From NCBI GenBank assembly GCA_043760135.1, contig JAYUPL010000009.1, positions 1 to 54,184 on the forward strand: 54,184 nucleotides of DNA. Direction: 5' to 3'. A program made the position numbers and the translations under genes. Below are positions 40,815-51,380 of the stretch, piece after piece (position 1 is the first letter of the stretch; every line of letters begins with the position of its first letter). The notes under the pieces are model-generated. The model did not search any database, had not been told where the DNA came from, and saw only the letters and a list, made by a program, of their open reading frames with translations. Source of the DNA: Candidatus Parcubacteria bacterium. Its GTDB lineage: Bacteria; Patescibacteriota; Minisyncoccia; Phycocordibacterales; CAIZLB01.

Positions 40815-41588
40815 ATGTTATCATGGTCAGCTAAAAGAAAACTCGTTATCATTTCAATACTTGTTATACTCTTCGGAACCCCGATATCTCTTTATATATA
40901 CAAGAAAATGCAAAAACCTCCATCATGTAATGATGGTATTCTAAACCAAGATGAAAGAGATGTAGATTGCGGTGGTATTTGTCGTATTGCGTGTTTTGCA
41001 AATGTAAAAGCCGAGCCGGATATTCAATGGGCTCGGGCATATTATGTTGCAAAAGGTGCATATAACCTAGTTGCTTACATACAAAATCCAAACATAGATT
41101 ATATCTCTCAACCATCAAAATATATTTTTAAAGTGTATGACGATAAAAATGTTTTGATTGCAACACGTGAAGGTGAGGTTGGGATTCCAACATCTAAAAT
41201 ATTTCCAATCTTCGAAGCAACAATTCAAACAGGAGAGATTATTCCTAAACTTGTTACATTCGAATTTGTTGAGCCTGTTACTTGGATAGAATATTTTGGA
41301 AACAAACCAGAACTTGAAGTTGTGGAGCAGCGACTGTCTCGAATGGACACTGCACCAAAACTGGATGCTAAGATTGTAAACAGAACTTTGAAGTCATATA
41401 GAAATGTTGAAGTCGTTGCAATTATTTACAACGAGGAGGGAAATGGTATCTTGTCATCACGAACATTTATCGATAGTATAGGGGATAAAGGTGAGGCATC
41501 AGTTGTGTTTACCTGGCCAGAGCCGATAGGGTTTAAACCTTCAAAGATAGAGGTTATTCCGAATTTGGCTTTAAAACAGTATAAATAA
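40815..41588 (+). CDS. Membrane-anchored hypothetical protein
   Basis: TM plus CNDGILNQDERDVDCGGIC. Overlaps the rodA start. Confidence 0.75.
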   Translation: MLSWSAKRKLVIISILVILFGTPISLYIYKKMQKPPSCNDGILNQDERDVDCGGICRIACFANVKAEPDIQWARAYYVAKGAYNLVAYIQNPNIDYISQPSKYIFKVYDDKNVLIATREGEVGIPTSKIFPIFEATIQTGEIIPKLVTFEFVEPVTWIEYFGNKPELEVVEQRLSRMDTAPKLDAKIVNRTLKSYRNVEVVAIIYNEEGNGILSSRTFIDSIGDKGEASVVFTWPEPIGFKPSKIEVIPNLALKQYK

Positions 41589-42721
41589 TGATTAGATATT
41601 TTCAAAGTATAAAAGTAGATTGGTATTTAATATTACCTGGCTTAATCCTATCAGTTTTGGCCTTGTTTACATTGATATCTTTTGGAGAAGTTTCGACACG
41701 TTTTATTAAGCAATCCATTTGGGTTTTACTAGGGCTTGGACTTTTCATATATTTACAGAAAACTAATTTGTATATATTAAAGAATAGAAAATTTGTTATG
41801 GGTTTATATATATTATCTATAGTATCTCTTCTTGTTCTGTTTGTGACAGGACACGTTGCCAAGGGTGCACAATCCTGGATTAAGCTTGGATTCTTATCTA
41901 TTCAACCAACTGATCCTGCAAAACTAGCATTGATATTATTGTTGGCAAAATATTTTTCAAAAAGATATGTAGAGATTTCTGTATTCAAACATGTTTTTAT
42001 TTCTGGATTATATGCAGGGGTTTTAGGACTGCTTGTTTTACTCCAACCTGACTTTGGATCAGCAGTAACGATCTTTGCTATTTGGGGAGGAATTATTTTT
42101 ATCTCAGGATTGTCTAAAAAACATATTATATTTTTGGCAACAGTATCTTTAGTTGTTTTAACTGTGGGTTGGAACTTTGCATTCAAACAATATCAAAAAG
42201 ATAGAGTGATAAACTTTATTCATCCAATGCGAGATATTCGAGGATCGGGATATAACCAATATCAAGCGGTGATTGCGGTTGGATCAGGGCAAATGCTTGG
42301 AAAAGGTATTGGGTATGGTACGCAATCAAAATTAAAGTTCTTGCCAGAATATCAAACTGACTTTATTTTCTCAGCTTTTGCAGAAGAGTGGGGGTTTGTT
42401 GGTGTTTCAATTGTGTTACTGTTGTTTCTCACGATTTTGTTGCGTACGCTTTTTGTGGCGATGAATGCAGATTCGAACTTTAAAGCATTGCTTTGTGCGG
42501 GTGTATTTATTTTCTTCGGAATTCACGTTTTTATAAACATAGGAATGAATCTGGGGGTTATGCCAATTACGGGTATTCCGTTGCCGTTCATGAGTTATGG
42601 AGGTTCGCATATATTGATAGAATTTATCGCACTAGGAATTGTATCGAATATTTCGATGGGTAAGAAAAACACCGGCGTGTATTTGAATGAGTTTAAGAAT
42701 GAGTTTGTTGGGTTTAATTAA
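41588..42721 (+). CDS. rodA: SEDS peptidoglycan polymerase RodA
   Basis: GAQSW, QPDFG, LPEYQTDFIF and PFMSYGGS motifs. Confidence 0.92.
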   Translation: MIRYFQSIKVDWYLILPGLILSVLALFTLISFGEVSTRFIKQSIWVLLGLGLFIYLQKTNLYILKNRKFVMGLYILSIVSLLVLFVTGHVAKGAQSWIKLGFLSIQPTDPAKLALILLLAKYFSKRYVEISVFKHVFISGLYAGVLGLLVLLQPDFGSAVTIFAIWGGIIFISGLSKKHIIFLATVSLVVLTVGWNFAFKQYQKDRVINFIHPMRDIRGSGYNQYQAVIAVGSGQMLGKGIGYGTQSKLKFLPEYQTDFIFSAFAEEWGFVGVSIVLLLFLTILLRTLFVAMNADSNFKALLCAGVFIFFGIHVFINIGMNLGVMPITGIPLPFMSYGGSHILIEFIALGIVSNISMGKKNTGVYLNEFKNEFVGFN

Positions 42722-42722
42722 G

Positions 42723-42809
42723 AATTTTGTTTATTTCATTCCGTTTCAGTCCTCGACTATTTTTCTAGGAAAAACAGTCTGCGAAGAAACTCATTCCATA
42801 AACAAAATT
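42723..42809. repeat. Structured palindromic element C
   Basis: aattttgtttat/ataaacaaaatt outer inverted repeat with an inner gactatttttc-tag-gaaaaacagtc hairpin. Shares motifs with elements A and B. Confidence 0.55.
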
Positions 42810-42907
42810 GGTAAACGTTACTAAGAGAAAACAACACACATATCCCATATATACAACAGGGTAAATATCTATCCAAAGCCCTAAAAATCAGTATAATACA
42901 GTCTTAT

Positions 42908-44143
42908 ATGACAAGAACAAGACTTTGGGCCATTATTATTATAATAATTTCAGGATTATTGGCCCTATACTTAAACAACACTTATAAAACTTCACCTTTT
43001 AAACTTGGACTCGACCTTAATGGAGGAATCCACTTAACATATAAGGCTGATACATCAAAGATTGCAAAAGAAGATATTGGTCAATCTATGGAGACTTTGA
43101 AAAATGTTATCGAAGCTAGAGTAAATGCTTTCGGAGTTTCAGAGCCTATTATTCAAACAGAAGGAATGGATAAACTTATTGTTGAGCTTCCTGGTGTAAA
43201 TGATACTCAAAAAGCTATCGAACTTATCGGACAAACTCCTGTTCTAGAATTTGCACTCGTTGAGGAAATGAAAGGAACATCTGGAACTTCAACAGCAACA
43301 ACTACAGAATTATTTCCAACCGAACTTACTGGAAAATATATTAAGACAGCACGTGTAGAATATGATGGAACTACAAATAAACCACAAATCGGAATCGTAT
43401 TTGATTCTGAAGGTGCAAAATTGTTTGCAAAAATTACAAAAGAAAATATTGGTAAACCTCTTGCAATATTGTTGGACGGGCAAGTTATCTCAGCACCGAT
43501 TATTCAAGGAGAGATTGTTGGTGGACAAGCTCAAATCTCAGGACAGTTTTCAATACAAGAAGCCAATGCACTTGCGAGAGGTTTGAAATACGGAGCACTT
43601 CCTGTATCAATCGAACTTATTGGTACACAAACAATTGGAGCATCACTTGGAGTTGAGGCATTGCATAAAAGTGTAAAAGCAGGAATGTATGGATTTATTA
43701 TTGTTTCAATATTTCTTATACTTTGTTACGGTCTTAGAGGTCTTGTGGCATCAATCGCTCTGGTTGTGTATACAATCTTAAACTTAGTGATATTTAAAAC
43801 TTTTGGAATTGTGTTAACATCAGCCGGTCTTGCTGCATTTATCATTTCTATCGGTATGGCAGTGGATGGAAACATCCTTATCTTTGCTCGTATGAAGGAA
43901 GAGTTGAAACGTGGTAAATCAAAATTCGATGCACTTCAAGATGGTTTTAACAGAGCATGGCCATCAATCAGAGATTCAAACATTTCATCTATGATCACTG
44001 CGGTCATCCTCTATACATTCGCAGCTTCGTCACTTATCAAAGGATTTGCATTGGTATTTTTTATCGGTGTTGCAGTTTCAATGTTTACATCAGTAACTGT
44101 TTCAAAAAATCTATTATTAGCAATTTCTAAGAAAAATAAATAA
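42908..44143 (+). CDS. secD: Protein translocase subunit SecD
   Basis: LGLDLNGG, GVSEP and GMAVDGNILIF motifs. Confidence 0.96.
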   Translation: MTRTRLWAIIIIIISGLLALYLNNTYKTSPFKLGLDLNGGIHLTYKADTSKIAKEDIGQSMETLKNVIEARVNAFGVSEPIIQTEGMDKLIVELPGVNDTQKAIELIGQTPVLEFALVEEMKGTSGTSTATTTELFPTELTGKYIKTARVEYDGTTNKPQIGIVFDSEGAKLFAKITKENIGKPLAILLDGQVISAPIIQGEIVGGQAQISGQFSIQEANALARGLKYGALPVSIELIGTQTIGASLGVEALHKSVKAGMYGFIIVSIFLILCYGLRGLVASIALVVYTILNLVIFKTFGIVLTSAGLAAFIISIGMAVDGNILIFARMKEELKRGKSKFDALQDGFNRAWPSIRDSNISSMITAVILYTFAASSLIKGFALVFFIGVAVSMFTSVTVSKNLLLAISKKNK

Positions 44144-44149
44144 AAATAT

Positions 44150-45055
44150 ATGTTCATCGTAAAAAACAGAATCGCATTCTATATATTATCAACCTTGCTT
44201 ATTGGCGCGTCACTATTTGCATATTTTAACTATGGTCTAAACTACGGAATTGATTTCACTGGAGGATCAAGTATTGAAATACAACCTGTTGCAAGCACAA
44301 CCGCTGTAACTCAAGTCGATGCTAAAAAAGTTTTGGATCAAAACTTTGATGGAGCAGTAGTTCGTCCATATGGAGAGGCAGGATTTATTATAAAAACTGA
44401 AGAGGTTGTTGATTCGAGTAATACAACATTTGCTGAAAAATTAAGTTCAGTACTTCCAACACATAAGATAGAACGTGTTGATACAATCGGTCCAACACTA
44501 GGTGCTGAGTTAAAACAAAAATCTGTCACATCAATTATCTTAGTGTTGATTGCGATCGTGTTGTTTATAACATTCGCCTTTAGACAAGTTTCAGGAGTAG
44601 TTGCTTCTTGGAAATATGGTGTAGCTTCTATTATTGCTTTGTTCCACGATGTTATTATTCCAGTAGGATTCTTTGCAATAATGAATCATTTTGTTGGAGG
44701 ATATGAGATAGATGCATTGTTTATCACAGCACTTCTTGTTGTTCTTGGTTTCTCTATTCACGATACTATTGTGGTGTTTGACCGCGTACGTGAAAACTTA
44801 CGAGTTGTTAAAGGGAAATCATTTGAAGAGATTGTTGGTATTTCTGTATCAGAGACTTTTGTAAGATCTATCAACACTTCTTTGACAACGATTCTTGCAT
44901 TGGTTGCGGTGTATATTTGGGGACCAGATACAACACATCACTTTGCACTGGTGCTTATTATCGGTATTGCTGCGGGAACATATTCTTCAATCTTTGTAGG
45001 GTCAAACCTTTTGGTGACGATGGCACAGTGGGGGAAGAAGAATACTAAAAAATAA
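44150..45055 (+). CDS. secF: Protein translocase subunit SecF
   Basis: GIDFTGG, DTIVVFDRVRE and GTYSSIF motifs. Confidence 0.96.
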   Translation: MFIVKNRIAFYILSTLLIGASLFAYFNYGLNYGIDFTGGSSIEIQPVASTTAVTQVDAKKVLDQNFDGAVVRPYGEAGFIIKTEEVVDSSNTTFAEKLSSVLPTHKIERVDTIGPTLGAELKQKSVTSIILVLIAIVLFITFAFRQVSGVVASWKYGVASIIALFHDVIIPVGFFAIMNHFVGGYEIDALFITALLVVLGFSIHDTIVVFDRVRENLRVVKGKSFEEIVGISVSETFVRSINTSLTTILALVAVYIWGPDTTHHFALVLIIGIAAGTYSSIFVGSNLLVTMAQWGKKNTKK

Positions 45056-45179
45056 TTTTTCGTGCTGCGATTTTGGAAAATAAAAAAACTCTGGATAAGG
45101 ATCTAGAGTTTTTGTTTTGTAGATTTGAGCAAAAATTTTCCCCGCCCGGATTGTGGTCCGGTCGGGGAGAGGTAGGTTG

Positions 45180-45791
45180 TTAACTTTTAACTTTTGACCA
45201 GTCGACCGGTATTGTTACGTCGATACGGTTTTTGTGGTTCGGAATGAAGACTCCATAATCCTCATCCTTCACTATATCGAAGTGAAGAAGTATACGATGA
45301 TTTCTTTTGAAGGTCTTCATAAGTCTGTTTTTTGCAGATACATCTTGACGACGCTCTGCTGTTGCAATTTCTTCACCAAGTGACTTAAGGTAGTATGACC
45401 CATCTTCCGCCTTCCTGTGCAATTCTTCGAGCTGTTTCCATTCATGATGGAACTGGCGAAAAGAATTAAACAACTCTCTGTGTTTTCCACTGCTACCGAG
45501 ACCGTATCGTATAACGATCCAGATCATTACGGTCAAAAACAATGTTGGCCAGAAGTTATTTGCAGTTTGCTGCTCAGGTCTTGCATATATCCAACTACCC
45601 AAGAAAATGAGAGTTGAAAATGCGAGTAAGTTGGCCACAGCTAGTGCTCGACCAATATGTTTGTCATACCGTCTACTTAGGTCTTCCAAATCAGCTTCGC
45701 TGGTCAGATAGTCCTTGTTGTGGTTTTTACACCAAGAATCAACACGCTTTGTTACATAGGTGTCATCACTTACTGTTATTAGTCTTTTCAA
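45180..45791 (-). CDS. Hypothetical two-TM membrane protein
   Basis: ORF with two hydrophobic segments and a downstream GC hairpin. Confidence 0.6.
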   Translation of the reverse strand: MKRLITVSDDTYVTKRVDSWCKNHNKDYLTSEADLEDLSRRYDKHIGRALAVANLLAFSTLIFLGSWIYARPEQQTANNFWPTLFLTVMIWIVIRYGLGSSGKHRELFNSFRQFHHEWKQLEELHRKAEDGSYYLKSLGEEIATAERRQDVSAKNRLMKTFKRNHRILLHFDIVKDEDYGVFIPNHKNRIDVTIPVDWSKVKS

Positions 45792-46025
45792 TTGTTTAAT
45801 GTTCTAACGTTGTTACCTTTTTATTGTTTAATCATTTACCGGCTTCAGGCCACACTCTCAATTCAGGTAGAGAATGCTTTGGTCTAATTGTTCGATCGGA
45901 AAGGCTACTATCGATACTTATATATTATAACATATTATATAGATAATAGTCAAGTACTTATAAAAATCATATATACTATCATAACCATATCCTCGACAAT
46001 GTAGTCTCGGATCACCTTAAACCCC

Positions 46026-46412
46026 ATGAAAACCATTAAGAGAATTGTAAAATATCTATTAGTCTTCTTTATGTTTGGAAGTGTGAGCTTTCATATGATA
46101 AAAGGGAATAATTCTGCAGAGTTGAATTATTACAAAAATCGCCTTCAGCCAGCTATCGGTGTTTATTATGAAGTTATTTCCACCTCTGGATACAAAGATC
46201 CTTCAATTTTCATGATTGTCAACGAACTTCGGTTCGAGAAAGTATATGATGATTTGATAGTGAAACCAAAAAGAATCTGTGAAATAGAGTTACCGTTCAA
46301 AAACCAAATCAGCAGGACTGGAAAATATCTCACGCTGATTACTGTTGATGGAGTGCTTACTGTTAAAAACTTTTCAAATCTCAGTGAACTTCATGCTTAC
46401 AACAAGCTCTAG
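46026..46412 (+). CDS. Hypothetical membrane-anchored protein, paralog of 46514-46909
   Basis: NRLQPAIGVYYEV motif. Confidence 0.65.
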   Translation: MKTIKRIVKYLLVFFMFGSVSFHMIKGNNSAELNYYKNRLQPAIGVYYEVISTSGYKDPSIFMIVNELRFEKVYDDLIVKPKRICEIELPFKNQISRTGKYLTLITVDGVLTVKNFSNLSELHAYNKL

Positions 46413-46513
46413 CTTTAGATTCCATCAACCGTCTTACAATCGGTTGCTGGGATTTTTTTATAAAAGAAAAACGCCGGGACCATATAGGTCCGCGACGTGT
46501 TTTTGATGAGATA

Positions 46514-46909
46514 TCAGTTGTCGAGCGCATCTTGTACGACATCGCGAGCGCCGTTGAAGTATTTCGTTGTGAGTACTTCGCGAACTTTGATGACTTTGAC
46601 GTACGATCCTTTTACCAGGCCGGTGCCTGATGCGGGAGGGACCTCGATTGTGATCAGTTCTCCTTTTTCGGTGACAGTGCCACCAACTTGTGGAGAAACT
46701 TTTTTGCCGATCACGAAGACTGACCCTTGTTTCTTGGTCATCGATTGGACCGAGTAGTACGATCCGATCTCTGGCTGCAGTAGGTTTTGGTATGCCTGCG
46801 CCTTCGATGCATTGGAGAAAAAGGCGATGCCTTGATTTCCATACATGACTCCGGCAGTTGCGATAACTGCGATAACAACAAACAGTATGCTAATTTTCAA
46901 TGTTTTCAT
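46514..46909 (-). CDS. Hypothetical membrane-anchored protein
   Basis: NLLQPEIGSYYSV motif. Start set at MKTLKI. Confidence 0.65.
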   Translation of the reverse strand: MKTLKISILFVVIAVIATAGVMYGNQGIAFFSNASKAQAYQNLLQPEIGSYYSVQSMTKKQGSVFVIGKKVSPQVGGTVTEKGELITIEVPPASGTGLVKGSYVKVIKVREVLTTKYFNGARDVVQDALDN

Positions 46910-47032
46910 GGGATGTAGGGTTCTGGGATAACACCTCAGCTTCATTGCTTCGGATCTATATATTATAGCACATATTATACCTAAAAGTCAAGCACACCCT
47001 AAACCACCCATATTTTGCTATAATACTCCCAT

Positions 47033-49429
47033 ATGTCCACAAAACCTGTTAAGCAAAAAACTCTCCTCCTCCTCGACTCCCACGCGATCATCCACCGTGC
47101 CTATCACGCTGTGCCTGATTTTCGAAACTCACAAGGTGTGCCAACAGGTGCACTTTTTGGAATTATTAACATGCTTTTTGGAATCCTAGAAAAATACAAA
47201 CCTGACGCAGTCATCGCATGTTATGATTTACCGCATCCAACCTACAGACATGAGATCTATGAAGCCTATAAAGGTCATCGAAAGAAAAGTGATGAAGATT
47301 TAATCACACAGATAAAATCATCTCGTGAGATTTTTATCAATCTGTGTATTCCAATGTACGACAAAGCTGGATTTGAAGCTGATGATATTTTAGGAACTAT
47401 CGTGCACAAGGTTACAGCTCTAGGAAATAATCAAGATGAAGAATATAAAGTAATCATTGCGTCAGGGGATATGGATACGATGCAACTTATAAAAGGCGAT
47501 CAGGTTTTGGTGTATACATTGAAAAAAGGTTTAAACGATACAATCATCTACAACGAAGATGCAGTGATTGCAAAGTACGGAATGAAGCCAATTCAACTTA
47601 TTGATTATAAAGGACTTAGAGGTGATACATCTGACAACATTATCGGAGTTCCAGGAGTTGGAGAAAAAACAGCAACGCTCATCATTCAAGAATTTGGTGG
47701 TATAGAAAGTATGTATGAATATTTGAAAGTTACACCATTTTCTAAAACTGATACACGTATGAAAGCAGCTGGGATTACAGAACGATTTCACGGACTTTTA
47801 CTTAAACATGAAGACGATGCTATTTTCTCAAAAGCTTTGGCCACTATACGTTTAGATGCACCGATTGATTTTGATTTGGTGCAAAAAGATCCATGGTATA
47901 CCTGTGCTGATGTGCTGGCATTTAACAAGTTGTTGGAAAAGTACGAATTGAAAAGTATTAGAGGAAAATTAGAAAGAGTAATAGAAATACAAAAAGGAAA
48001 TAAGCCTTTAAAGATTGTTCAGGATGATTGGGGTGTAGAAGATAAAACTCCTTTAACTGATGAAGAAAAAATAAAATCTATATTACTCCGATCACATTTA
48101 ACAAATCCTCAAAGAGTTGATTTAGAAAATAATTTTGATAAAAATAAATCACTCGATACATATTTGAAAGAAGAGGGTGTATTAGAGCTATATGAGAAAG
48201 TTGAAAAACCACTTATTCCAATTCTAAAAAAAATGTCAGCTACTGGAATAAAAGTTGATATAAAATATCTTGAAGATTTATCAAAAAAATACACTGCGTA
48301 CCTCGACAATCTTAAAAAGGAAATATATGAGTTGGCAGGAGAAGAGTTTAATATTTCATCTCCAAAGCAACTTGGAGAAGTGTTGTATGATAAACTCGAT
48401 ATCACTAAAGGTTCTAAAGTTCGTATCAAAAAAACTGGAGCCGGGGCACGTTCAACAAAAGAATCAGAGCTTGATAAGATGGTTGATTTACATCCTATTA
48501 TTTCAAAAATACTAGAGCATCGCGAATATGCAAAACTTCTATCAACGTACATTGATGTTATTTTGACTATGGCTAAAGCTGAGAAGGATCATAGGATACA
48601 TCCTGAGTTCATACAGATTGGTGCGGTTACTGGACGAATGGCCTCAACAAATCCAAGTGTACAGAATATTCCTATAAAAACAGAACTTGGACGAGCTATA
48701 CGATCTGCTTTTGTTTCTGAAACTGGATATGATTTTGTTTCTATAGATTATTCACAGATTGAGCTTCGTATAGCTACTATATTATCAGGAGATAAAGCGA
48801 TGGGTGATATTTTTCAGAAAGGTGAAGACATTCACACTGCTGTTGCAAAACAAGTTTATAAACTCGATTCATTGGACGATGTAACATCTGAGATGCGACG
48901 ACATGCTAAAGCGATCAACTTTGGAATATTGTATGGTATGGGAGTACAAGCACTTAAAAGATCGATCAATGTAACAGAATCGGAGGCACAAGAATTTTAT
49001 CTAGCATACTATGCAACTTTTAAAGAATTGGCTAACTATTTACAACAATGTAAGATCGACGCTGAGAGAAATGGGTTTACTACGACATTGTTTGGTCGTC
49101 GTCGATATTTTCCAGAATTAAAATCAAATATACCTTTTATCAGAGCATCCGGTGAGCGTATGGCAATAAATGCACCAATACAAGGAACTTCAGCTGATAT
49201 GATAAAATTGGCGATGGTTGAGATAGATGAATATATCACAAAAAATAAGTTAGAGGATGATGTTCGTATGTTGGCACCAATTCATGATGAAATCTTGTTT
49301 GAAGTTAAAAAAGGTAAAGATAAGGTAATTAAAGATATACAAGATATTATGGAAAATATTTTAGATACAGGGGGTATTAAAAATGACGTGCCTATAGTTA
49401 CTAATGTAAAAATAGGTGATAGGTGGTAA
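47033..49429 (+). CDS. polA: DNA polymerase I
   Basis: 5'-3' exonuclease motifs (EADD, GDTSDN), DYSQIELR, KAINFGILYG and IHDE. Shortened middle domain. Confidence 0.97.
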   Translation: MSTKPVKQKTLLLLDSHAIIHRAYHAVPDFRNSQGVPTGALFGIINMLFGILEKYKPDAVIACYDLPHPTYRHEIYEAYKGHRKKSDEDLITQIKSSREIFINLCIPMYDKAGFEADDILGTIVHKVTALGNNQDEEYKVIIASGDMDTMQLIKGDQVLVYTLKKGLNDTIIYNEDAVIAKYGMKPIQLIDYKGLRGDTSDNIIGVPGVGEKTATLIIQEFGGIESMYEYLKVTPFSKTDTRMKAAGITERFHGLLLKHEDDAIFSKALATIRLDAPIDFDLVQKDPWYTCADVLAFNKLLEKYELKSIRGKLERVIEIQKGNKPLKIVQDDWGVEDKTPLTDEEKIKSILLRSHLTNPQRVDLENNFDKNKSLDTYLKEEGVLELYEKVEKPLIPILKKMSATGIKVDIKYLEDLSKKYTAYLDNLKKEIYELAGEEFNISSPKQLGEVLYDKLDITKGSKVRIKKTGAGARSTKESELDKMVDLHPIISKILEHREYAKLLSTYIDVILTMAKAEKDHRIHPEFIQIGAVTGRMASTNPSVQNIPIKTELGRAIRSAFVSETGYDFVSIDYSQIELRIATILSGDKAMGDIFQKGEDIHTAVAKQVYKLDSLDDVTSEMRRHAKAINFGILYGMGVQALKRSINVTESEAQEFYLAYYATFKELANYLQQCKIDAERNGFTTTLFGRRRYFPELKSNIPFIRASGERMAINAPIQGTSADMIKLAMVEIDEYITKNKLEDDVRMLAPIHDEILFEVKKGKDKVIKDIQDIMENILDTGGIKNDVPIVTNVKIGDRW

Positions 49430-49496
49430 AAGACTAAACAATACGCAAATATCTAATAGTCTTGACTATTTAATATTTGCCTGTATAATAGTCTAT

Positions 49497-50627
49497 ATGG
49501 ACAATTTACCTAGAAAAATATACACAAAAATAGCGACTGATTTGAAAAAAAAGATGGTTTTTGTGGTCGGACCAAGACAGGTTGGAAAAACTTGGTTAGC
49601 GAAGGAGATAATGAAAGAATATAAAAATCCGTTATATTTAAATTATGATAATCAAGACCATGTTCATGTTTTAAAAAAACAAGCATGGCTTGCTGAGCAT
49701 GATTTGGTAATTTTTGATGAAATACATAAAATGCCTAAGTGGAAAAATTACATTAAAGGTATATATGACACAAAACCAAATACTATGAATATGCTTATAA
49801 CAGGGAGTGCAAGTATGGATACCTTTAGAAAAGCAGGAGATTCTCTTGCTGGTCGTTTCTTTATTTATCACCTTATGCCGTTTTCGTTGTCAGAATTAAA
49901 AAATACATATTTAGAAAATAATCTATCTATTCTTTTTAAAAAAGGTGGTTTTCCAGAACCTTTGTTTTCACAAAATGATGAAGATGCTAATAGGTGGAGA
50001 AAATTATATGCTGATACATTATTAAGGCAAGATATATTAGAATTTCAAGATATAGAAAAAGTGGGTGCAATAAGGCAGGTATATAATATTTTAAAGAATA
50101 AGATTGGTTCAACTATATCTTATTCTAATATCGCTGGAGATGTGGGTATATCACCAATAACTGTTAAAAAATATATACAGATACTAGAATCATTATATAT
50201 TTTGTTTATAATAAAACCTTATACTCACAAAATGGCTAGGTCGATTTTAAAAGAACCTAAGGTTTATTTTTTTGATTATGGTGTCATAGAAGACGAAGGT
50301 GCACGTTTTGAAAATTTTGTAGCATTGTCTTTGTATAAAAACATTGTTACCAAAAATGACATCACAGGAAGTGATATGAGTTTAAATTTTTTAAAAACAA
50401 AAGATCAAAAAGAGGTAGATTTTGCAATCTCAGATCAAAATGAATTAAAAGAAATAATTGAAGTTAAAGTTTCAGATAACAAATTATCACCGTCACTTAA
50501 ATATTTTTCAGAAAAATATAACATAAAAGGTGTTCAGCTTGTTCGATATGCTGATTTAGAAATTATGTTAAATAGTAATATACAACTTAGATCTGCAAAT
50601 AAATATTTGGGTGATTTAGATTGGTAA
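49497..50627 (+). CDS. AAA+ ATPase (AAA_14 plus DUF4143 type)
   Basis: GPRQVGKT, FDEIH, TGSA and EVDF...IEVK motifs. Confidence 0.9.
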   Translation: MDNLPRKIYTKIATDLKKKMVFVVGPRQVGKTWLAKEIMKEYKNPLYLNYDNQDHVHVLKKQAWLAEHDLVIFDEIHKMPKWKNYIKGIYDTKPNTMNMLITGSASMDTFRKAGDSLAGRFFIYHLMPFSLSELKNTYLENNLSILFKKGGFPEPLFSQNDEDANRWRKLYADTLLRQDILEFQDIEKVGAIRQVYNILKNKIGSTISYSNIAGDVGISPITVKKYIQILESLYILFIIKPYTHKMARSILKEPKVYFFDYGVIEDEGARFENFVALSLYKNIVTKNDITGSDMSLNFLKTKDQKEVDFAISDQNELKEIIEVKVSDNKLSPSLKYFSEKYNIKGVQLVRYADLEIMLNSNIQLRSANKYLGDLDW

Positions 50628-50666
50628 ACGCAAATCAGTTAATAATCTGATATAATTAAAATATCA

Positions 50667-51314
50667 ATGCTCTACATATTCTACGGAAATGATATAAAAA
50701 AAGTTTTAGGCGCATCCCAGAAACTTATCGAAGGACTTAAGACAAAACGGGAATTTGCTCAAGTGTTTTATTTTTATCCTGAAAATTTTAACAAGGAAAA
50801 TCTAGAGACTCAACAGTCTGCCCAAGGACTATTTTTTGATAAACATATATTTGTGTTTAAGAATTTTATAGAAGCCAAAAAAGACATACGAGATTATGTC
50901 CTTAATAATCTTGAAAATTTCATACTAGCTAATCATTTATATATAGTTATTGAAAATAATATTGATAATAAACATCTTGATAAGATTAAAAATATAAAGG
51001 ACATTAACCTAAAAGAATGTAAGACAAAAATTGAGTTTAAAGAAGATGATTCAGGTAAATTGTTTAATCTTGCGTCTTTGATAATGAAAAATAATAAAAC
51101 AGCACAAGATAAGATAAGTATAATTACACAAATCGATGATATAAAAAAAAATGGAACTGCACCTGAAGAGTTTTTTGGAATATTGTGGTGGAGGTATAAA
51201 AAATACACATCATATGATAGAAAAAATATGTCAAAATTACTCGATATATACCATAATGGACATGGTGGAGAGGAGGAGATGTGGATAGGTTTAGAGAGGT
51301 TTGCTATAAAATAA
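50667..51314 (+). CDS. DNA polymerase III delta-like subunit
   Basis: LYIFYGND and GLFFDK patterns. Short form. Confidence 0.55.
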   Translation: MLYIFYGNDIKKVLGASQKLIEGLKTKREFAQVFYFYPENFNKENLETQQSAQGLFFDKHIFVFKNFIEAKKDIRDYVLNNLENFILANHLYIVIENNIDNKHLDKIKNIKDINLKECKTKIEFKEDDSGKLFNLASLIMKNNKTAQDKISIITQIDDIKKNGTAPEEFFGILWWRYKKYTSYDRKNMSKLLDIYHNGHGGEEEMWIGLERFAIK

Positions 51315-51380
51315 ATTTTATAATTTTTTTGCTGTTTTTACTTACAATTTTGTTATTAAAATGTTAAAATTATTCATGAT

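Noticed and set aside
45800-45920. Riboswitch upstream of the 203-aa gene
   Set aside because: Some pairing is possible, but there is no recognisable aptamer consensus.
49415-50640. Similar 3' ends of polA and the AAA gene (ggtgat..tggtaaa, acgcaaat) as an insertion duplication
   Set aside because: The matches are too short and gapped to exceed chance in AT-rich DNA.
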